DNA of 38,685 nt, filler included, from an uncultured virus (IMG/VR IMGVR_UViG_2061766007_001950) (lineage: Duplodnaviria; Heunggongvirae; Uroviricota; Caudoviricetes). It is 6 parts of one record of this genome, joined end to end, with 100 filler letters (N's around TTAATTAATTAA, not from the genome) between each part and the next. Parts side by side here need not be neighbours in the genome. Positions count along the whole stretch, not along the records: positions 28,877 to 37,498 come from IMGVR_UViG_2061766007_001950; positions 37,599 to 38,685 come from IMGVR_UViG_2061766007_001950; 4 more parts are not named here. One strand, given 5' to 3'. The notes beneath the pieces are model-generated. The model had not been told where the DNA came from. It saw only the letters and a list, made by a program, of their open reading frames with translations, and made no database searches. The position numbers were made by a program, and so were the translations under genes. Shown one piece after another: positions 32,381 through 38,685 of the stretch (position 1 is its first letter; the number at the start of each line of letters is the position of its first letter).

Positions 32381-32477
32381 ATTGATCACCATCCCTATAC
32401 TAACTTAAAAAAAAGACTTTCACTAATATAGTGTCCCGTTTTTTCTTAAGTGTTGCAGACTGCCTTGTTTTTACCTT

Positions 32478-32617
32478 ACATCTAAATCATTGCCTCAGCC
32501 CCCGACATCTAAACAACCGTCTCAACCCTCGACATCTAAACAGCCCACTCAACCCTACCGTTTCTGACATCTAAATGGCACACTCAACCCCTGACATCTA
32601 AATGGCCTACTCAACCC
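32478..32617. repeat. Five direct repeats ACATCTAAA-N7-CTCA(A/G)CCC
   Basis: Units start at 32478, 32505, 32532, 32567 and 32594 (periods 27, 27, 35, 27). Confidence 0.9.
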
Positions 32618-32733
32618 TGCGGCAAAATGAGCTGTAGATAAGTTCCCGTCGAGCGTTTTTTGAGCTTCCTGAGTGGCCGACTCGATAGGCGCTAATTTCA
32701 CAAACCGCTTGTTTTCAAGCCTTTCAGTGCCTC

Positions 32734-32775
32734 TTACTTGTCGACACGTGACATCAATACTACGCACTCAACGTG
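32734..32775 (-). other. Attachment site: 3' end of rlmD/rumA (23S rRNA m5U1939 methyltransferase)
   Basis: Minus strand CAC GTT GAG TGC GTA GTA TTG ATG TCA CGT GTC GAC AAG TAA = HVECVVLMSRVDK*, the RlmD C-terminal motif, with no rlmD body upstream. It overlaps the recombinase stop codon. Confidence 0.75.
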
Positions 32776-35700
32776 CAACGTCAGTAGCTTGTTGTGACAA
32801 TTTGCCGCTGTCGTCGGTAGGTTGTGACGACAATTTTTTAGACTTGGAATTCCTCCTCGGAGGCTTATAATCGTCACCTTTTTTCTTGTCTTCAAAACCG
32901 GTCTTATAGACAAATGTGATCATCGACGGATCTGCATTTCCCTCGTCATCATACCCGCCTACAATAACTTTTTCAACGATGCTTTCAAAAACATTTCTGT
33001 CAAATTCCTTCAGGATCGGAGCCTCGGAAAGGAGCTTGCGCATTGCGTCNNNNNNNNNNAAGCTCCGTTGTCTTCAGCTGCTGCTCTTTTATGATCTCCA
33101 GTTTTTTGTCTTCATAGGTACCGAAATCGATCTGCTGTTCCAGATGCATATCCAGCAGACGCTGCATCTTCTGCTCAAGCTGCTTCAGTTCTTTTTTTAC
33201 CCGGTCGATCTCCTGCAGCGTTGCATCGGAATGCAGTTCCTCTTCTGTTCTTTGCAGGAATTCTTCCAGGACATCCTTATGATCATTCGTGATCATTCGG
33301 TAGGATTCCACGAATGCACTTTCCAGGACTTCCTCAGCAATGCCCTTGCTTTCAGGGCANNNNNNNNNNTAACCTCTTGCGTAAATCCTTCTCGACATCA
33401 GCTTCACCCTGTAGTCTTTTNNNNNNNNNNCAACCTCTTGCGTAAATCCTTCTCGACATCAGCTTCACCCTGTAGTCTTTTGAGCTCCGTTGTCTTCAAC
33501 TGCTGCTCCTTGATGATCTCCAGTTTTTTGTCTTCATAAGTACCGAAGTCGATCTGCTGCTCCAGATGCATATCAAGTAGGCGCTGCATCTTCTGATCAA
33601 GCTGCTTCAGTTCTTTTTTTACGCGATCGATCTCCTGCAGCGTCGCATCGGAATGCAGTTCCTCTTCTGTTCTCTGCAGGAATTCTTCCAGGACATCCTT
33701 ATGATCGTTCGTGATCATCCGGTAGGATTCCACGAATGCACTTTCCAGGACTTCTTCCGCGATGCCCTTGCTTTCCGGGCAGTTCTTCTTCCCGTATTTG
33801 GAAGNNNNNNNNNNGACGAATGCACTTTCCAGGACTTCCTCAGCAATGCCCTTGCTTTCAGGGCANNNNNNNNNNCTCCTCTTCTGTTCTCTGCAGAAAT
33901 TCTTCCAGGACATCCTTATGATCATTCGTGATCATCCGGTAGGATTCCACGAACGCACTTTCCAGGACCTCTTCAGCAATGCCCTTGCTTTCAGGGCAGT
34001 TCTTCTTCCCGTATTTTGAAGAGGAAATACACAGCCAGATATTCTTATGATATTTGGATCCGCTGTGCCAGGAACGTCTTGTCAGTGACGCTCCGCAGAA
34101 GCCGCATTTGACCATACAGCTGAAAGCGAATTTCCGGCTGTATTGTTCCCGATATGAATTCGGATCTACGTTTGAATTCTCATGGACTACGGTTCTTCTT
34201 TTCAGGATCGCCTGCGCCTGCTCCCACATCTCTTCTGAAATGATCGGTTCATGATGATCCTTCATCAGATACTGGTCAACCTCTCCCAGGTTACCGAGCC
34301 TGCGTTTTGTGATCGGATCGACTGTGAATGTCTTCCCCTGCAGCAAATCCCCTTTATACTTTTCATTCTTGATGATCCCGAGAACGGTTGAATCGTACCA
34401 GCTCTTGTTGCCGCGATTGGTGAGCGCTCCCATCTGCTCCAGNNNNNNNNNNCTCATGATGATCCTTCATCAGATACTGGTCAACCTCTCCCAGGTTTCC
34501 GAGTCTGCGTTTTGTGATCGGATCGACTGTGAATGTCTTTCCCTGCAGCAAATCNNNNNNNNNNTTCCCTGGCAATTACATGAGCGCCCATGCCTTCGAT
34601 ATAGCGTTTGAAGATATACCGGACGACTTTCGCCTCTTCCTCATTAACTGAGATTGTTTTTGTCTCCGGATCGTAGTCGTATCCAAGTGCACCGGCAAAG
34701 CCCACGATCTCGCCGCGGGACATCTTCATTGCCAGCCCCTTCTTGACGTTGGAAGAGATATTCTCAACTTCCTGCTGTGCTACGGAACTGAGCACCACCA
34801 GAAGCAGCTCTCCATCCATGGAAAGCGTATTGATATTCTCATCTTCGAAGAAGACAGCGATATCNNNNNNNNNNGATTACATGCGCTCCCATTCCTTCGA
34901 TATAGCGTTTGAAGATATACCGGACTACCTTCGCCTCTTCCTCATTCACTGAGATGGTCTTTGTCTCCGGATCATAGTCATATCCAAGCGCTCCGGCAAA
35001 GCCCACGATCTCGCCACGGGACATCTTCATTGCCAGTCCCTTCTTGACGTTGGAAGAGATATTCTCAACTTCCTGCTGCGCTACAGAGCTGAGCACGACC
35101 AGAAGCAGCTCTCCGTCCATGGAAAGCGTATTGATATTCTCATCTTCGAAGAAGACGGCGATATCCTTCTCCTTCAGCATACGGACATACTTCAGTGTGT
35201 CCAATGTATTGCGGGCAAAGCGTGAGATCGACTTCGTGATGACCATATCGATCTGACCGCTCATGCAGTCATTGATCATCTTCTGGAAGCCTTCTCTTTT
35301 TGCCACCTGGGTGCCGGTAATCGCTTCATCCGCATAGATACCGGCCATNNNNNNNNNNAGTCTTTGTCTCCGGATCATAGTCATATCCAAGTGCTCCGGC
35401 AAAGCCCACGATTTCGCCGCGGGACATCTTCATTGCCAGTCCCTTCTTGACGTTGGAAGAGATATTTTCAACTTCCTGCTGTGCTACGGAACTGAGTACG
35501 ACCAGAAGCAACTCTCCGTCCATTGAAAGCGTATTGATATTCTCATCTTCGAAGAAGACGGCGATATCCTTCTCCTTCAGCATCCGGACATACTTCAGTG
35601 TGTCCAATGTATTGCGGGCAAAGCGCGAGATTGACTTCGTGATGACCATATCAATCTGACCGCTCATGCAGTCATTGATCATTTTCTGGAAGCCTTCTCT

Positions 35701-35940
35701 CTTTGCCACCTGGGTGCCGGTAATCGCTTCATCCGCATAGATTCCGGCCATCATCCAGTCCACGTTTTCGCTGATCTTATCTGTATAATACTGAACCTGC
35801 GATCTGTAGCTGTTCAGCTGATCCTCACTGTCCGTGCTGACCCGGCAGTATGCCGCAACGCGCTTTCGTTCTATGGATTTGCTGCGTCTTCTGCGGTCAG
35901 TCACAGATACCTGAGCCTTGATTACATCGACTTTTGCCAT
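32768..35940 (-). CDS. Large serine recombinase of the second element, multiple allelic fragments
   Basis: [49 protein letters not shown]; ends DVAR* in the att site. Confidence 0.85.
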
Positions 35941-35959
35941 CTGCCTCGCCTCCTTTGCC

Positions 35960-36136
35960 TCACCTTACATCACGCGATTCAAAATCAGCAAGGATGTCAG
36001 ACGGTACTTTATAATCTTTCTGCAATTTCTTTTTGATCCGGGAATACTCACTCTCGGTGATCAGCTTTGCAGAGAGCAGCGTATGCAGATAAGCCAGCTG
36101 CATGGAATAGCGAAGCAGTTTCTCATTCTTCTCCAT
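35960..36136 (-). CDS. SHOCT-like small protein (58 aa, not in ORF track)
   Basis: MEKNEKLLRYSMQLAYLHTLLSAKLITESEYSRIKKKL...; GGAGG RBS; directly upstream of the recombinase. Confidence 0.7.
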   Translation of the reverse strand: MEKNEKLLRYSMQLAYLHTLLSAKLITESEYSRIKKKLQKDYKVPSDILADFESRDVR

Positions 36137-36169
36137 CTGAGCATTCCCTCCTTTCCTTCGTTCTCATGT

Positions 36170-36544
36170 TTATGGAGCCTCGATACAGTCCGGGATATCG
36201 AAGCCGAAATGATTCCTCATGGCTTCTTCGATTCCGGATATATCTCTTGGATCCAGATGACCGATCCGCCGGATGATGCGGTCCTTGTCAATGGTCTGGA
36301 TCTGTTCTGCCTCCACCATCGACCGGTAACGGATACAGTCCGAATACCGGAGAATGTAGTGGGACTTCTGGAAAGGTTTCTTGATCGCCGTCGTCATCGG
36401 CACCATCGTGACAGTTGGAGAATATACACAGCCGTCATCGTTCTGGATGATCACGACCGGGCGGCGGCCGCCCTGCTCTGAGCCATGAGGAATACCAAGA
36501 TCCGCAAGGAATACATCACCCTTGCGGTAGATAAACTCTTTCAT
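36170..36544 (-). CDS. PemK/MazF family endoribonuclease toxin
   Basis: RKGDVFLADL..HGSEQGGRRPVVIIQND..SPTV, EQIQTIDKDRI. Confidence 0.9.
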   Translation of the reverse strand: MKEFIYRKGDVFLADLGIPHGSEQGGRRPVVIIQNDDGCVYSPTVTMVPMTTAIKKPFQKSHYILRYSDCIRYRSMVEAEQIQTIDKDRIIRRIGHLDPRDISGIEEAMRNHFGFDIPDCIEAP

Positions 36545-36559
36545 TGGCAATTCCTCTCT

Positions 36560-36890
36560 ACAGAAATGTCTGTATATGTATCACCGCCGGTCGTAATAAG
36601 ACCGGCGGCGTAACGTTCATTTCCTTTTCACTTATTTGTCCTCGACACCCCAGTGACCGGGAAGTCATCAGACGGCTGAATGCTTTCAGCTCCATGGGCC
36701 TCTCACCCCCGCGGGGATCTCCCGCAGCTGCCCCCATTGCGTGATCCCGGTTCCACCCGGGGCTNNNNNNNNNNAGCATAGTTCTCGCTCATCCTTCCGG
36801 AATCAATGCGTATGGTTCAACCGGCTGGCATTTTCACACCCGTACGGGGAAGTATCTGATGAATGATATTCAGTTTTCAAAGATCCACAT
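36560..36890 (-). ncRNA. Candidate structured leader RNA upstream of pemK, starting with a boxA-like sequence
   Basis: GATCTTTGAAAACTGAATA (36867-36885) followed by several GC-rich hairpins; no credible ORF; interrupted by a 10-N gap. Confidence 0.4.
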
Positions 36891-36892
36891 CA

Positions 36893-36921
36893 CCATAAGA
36901 GGAGGAAGCCTCCTCTTATGG
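36893..36921. repeat. Perfect 13-bp inverted repeat
   Basis: CCATAAGAGGAGG-AAG-CCTCCTCTTATGG. Confidence 0.85.
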
Positions 36922-37063
36922 CTTCAATTTTAGGGTCAGTGAAAGCTGAATTTTAGCGCCTGAAGCGACCGGTCACCGTCCTTTATAAGACCAGTGCAGG
37001 CTCTGATTCATGCAGACGATAGTTTAATTATTTTCTGCTATTATTTTTATCTGCCGAATTTAG

Positions 37064-37092
37064 TTGAAATTGTTTTCAGAATAATGTATACT
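37064..37092 (+). promoter_or_regulatory. Sigma-A promoter of abiEi
   Basis: TTGAAA-17 nt-TATACT upstream of an AAGGAGGTG RBS. Confidence 0.6.
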
Positions 37093-37113
37093 CCGGACAA
37101 GGAGGTGATGAAT

Positions 37114-37437
37114 GTGATCGCGCTTGAAGTAAATCAGAAATACTACACGACCAGTGAACTGAAGAACATGGGGTATTCCTATTACAAAATTGGCCAGATG
37201 GAAGAAAACGGTCAGCTGCACCGCATCAATAGGACCACATATGAAAACCTCTCCTATAAAGGCGATGAGAATGATTTTATCAACGCCGCTGCGTATGTTC
37301 CGGACGGTGTGATCTGCCTGATGAGTGCCGCCCGTTATTATGAGCTTACTAATTTCCTTCCCGATGTTATCGATGTTGCGATCGACAGGAAGAAAAAAGT
37401 CAGTACTCTTCCTGACTGGCCGGAAATCAAGATATTC
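37114..37437 (+). CDS. abiEi: Type IV toxin-antitoxin AbiEi-family antitoxin, partial
   Basis: N-terminal wHTH (..GQLHRINRTTY) followed by PDGVICLMSAARYYELT..P..IDVAI. Confidence 0.75.
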
Positions 37438-37599
37438 NNNNNNNNNNGGCATAGTTCTCGCTCATCCTTCCGGAATCAATGCGTATGGTTCAACCGGCNN
37501 NNNNNNNNNNNNNNNNNNNNNNNNNNNNNNNNNNNNNNNNNNTTAATTAATTAANNNNNNNNNNNNNNNNNNNNNNNNNNNNNNNNNNNNNNNNNNNNT

Positions 37600-37668
37600 A
37601 AGCCCCTTCTGATCCAGGCAGATGCGCCAGTTACTGAATGGGATCCGAACGAAGGATGCTGGAAATAG
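37600..37668 (+). CDS. Possible C-terminal tail of an AbiEii toxin
   Basis: KPLLIQADAPVTEWDPNEGCWK* resembles AbiEii W.P...W ends; very short, and on a different contig from abiEi. Confidence 0.3.
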   Translation, partial: KPLLIQADAPVTEWDPNEGCWK

Positions 37669-37750
37669 AAGTATTTCTGAACTTACCGAATGAGATAACT
37701 GTCCTTCGGGAAGGCTTATATATGAGCTAAACGGCAAGGAGGCATTTAGG

Positions 37751-38065
37751 ATGTCTAAGCACTATTTTTTCTATGATGAGTCTGAACATAGTCGAAAAAT
37801 CAGCTACAAGACTGTAAGTGCGTTGAATTATTACGATAATTTCATAGCTATGATTGTTGGCTGGAATGATAGCAAGGATGATATCCTACAACGATATTTA
37901 GTTTTTGAAACCGCCTATACAGACAGAAAAGACCGTAACGGTGAAATCAAGAGTACAATGCTTTCTCAGAAACAGTTTCAATACGGTTTTGCATCTCTTA
38001 ACAAACAAAACGCTCAATTTGTAAGTGACTTTCTCTCACTTTTTGACGAAACAAATCATGTATAG
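37751..38065 (+). CDS. DUF3800-like protein, N-terminus (truncated at a chimeric junction)
   Basis: YFFYDESEH start motif and GEIKST; the stop arises where the sequence switches to a copy of 38471-38520. Confidence 0.6.
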   Translation: MSKHYFFYDESEHSRKISYKTVSALNYYDNFIAMIVGWNDSKDDILQRYLVFETAYTDRKDRNGEIKSTMLSQKQFQYGFASLNKQNAQFVSDFLSLFDETNHV

Positions 38066-38291
38066 ATCAAAGATTAACTCCGACAGCAACTATTCTCAAA
38101 AACGGAAATCCCNNNNNNNNNNTATACAAAAAACTGTATCGGCTTATCTGTGAATGGCAACCAGCATGGTACAAGTCATATGCAGGCATCTATTCCGATG
38201 ACTTAGTTGTTTTCAATGCCCTGCTTAATTATATGAATCATTTTGAATCTGCTGAACAAATCCAGTCGAACATCACAATGNNNNNNNNNNN

Positions 38292-38658
38292 ACAGCTGGC
38301 ACGATATTTTGAAGTAAGAAAGTGTAAACTCCCTATTGAACCTGTAGCACTTTTCGATCAGGAGTCGTTTATAAATGATAGAGGGGCAAAAGTATTCATT
38401 GATTCAAAGAAGCAGCCTTTTTTACAGTTAACTGAAGGTTCTCAGGTTTTTGAGGTATTATCGGTTGGGGTAGATCAAAGATTAACTCCGACAGCAACTA
38501 TTCTCAAAAACGGAAATCCCGAATGCTTTCAACTGCCCGCCGAATTAAGTGAATGGGTAACTAACATGGTGGGGTTCGCTGCAATGGGTATGAATCTGTT
38601 CCCTGCCAAAGTAGTTTTTACTTATTTGAACGGTAAATACTATGCTGATATTCTTTAA
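38292..38658 (+). CDS. Hypothetical protein, C-terminal part (possibly the C-terminus of the DUF3800-like gene)
   Basis: Open frame after a gap, ending GKYYADIL*. Confidence 0.45.
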
Positions 38659-38685
38659 AAAACCATAGAGAGACAGAGAGTGTTA

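Larger units (their letters stand above)
745..32775. mobile_element. Temperate phage (partial, multi-haplotype) with triple serine recombinase, left defence cargo and right lipoprotein cargo; right end probably at the rlmD att
   Basis: Gene order regulator-replication-tail-lysis-SHOCT-recombinases. Head, terminase and tape-measure genes are not seen. It spans artificial linkers, so the boundaries are inferred. Confidence 0.65.
32768..37498 (-). mobile_element. Second serine-recombinase integrative element, inserted in tandem at the rlmD site
   Basis: The pemK-SHOCT-recombinase operon ends exactly at the rlmD 3'-end motif; the far end is not in the window. Confidence 0.6.

Noticed and set aside
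32478..32617. Possible CRISPR array
   Set aside because: The variable parts are only 3-11 nt and there is no cas operon; the DUF2800 Cas4-like gene is an ordinary phage nuclease.
35918..36481. 187-aa plus-strand ORF and the many other antisense or gap-spanning ORFs
   Set aside because: Shadow frames of well-supported genes, or fusions created by reading through N runs.

Overview
The window is a fragmented, Bacillota-like (probably Clostridia) assembly of six contigs joined by artificial 100-nt linkers (44N-TTAATTAATTAA-44N). Many 10-N gaps separate near-identical allelic copies, so it looks like a collapsed population of several haplotypes. Left to right it contains: (1) a minus-strand defence region with the start of BREX (brxC, brxB), a Dam-family methyltransferase fragment, and an intact four-gene operon (290-aa protein, 214-aa protein, excisionase-like HTH, RloC-like anticodon nuclease); (2) a divergently transcribed, partial temperate phage with a sigma-like regulator, DUF2800 nuclease, primase, tail genes, two tail-fibre alleles, holin, amidase/glucosaminidase/CW_7 endolysin, a SHOCT protein and three serine recombinases; (3) a minus-strand lipoprotein cargo operon, a 27-bp repeat array and an rlmD/rumA 3'-end att site; (4) a second serine-recombinase element ending in that att site, with a SHOCT protein, an orphan MazF/PemK and a structured boxA-containing leader; (5) AbiE and DUF3800 fragments. 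The best novelty candidate is the adjacent 290-aa/214-aa pair. They share a 19-residue Q/N/G-rich motif at the C-terminus of one and the N-terminus of the other, conserved at protein but not codon level. This is the layout of amyloid (RHIM/HET-s/BASS-like) signalling pairs, here without an NLR and co-transcribed with RloC. All family assignments are from motif recognition, not database searches.
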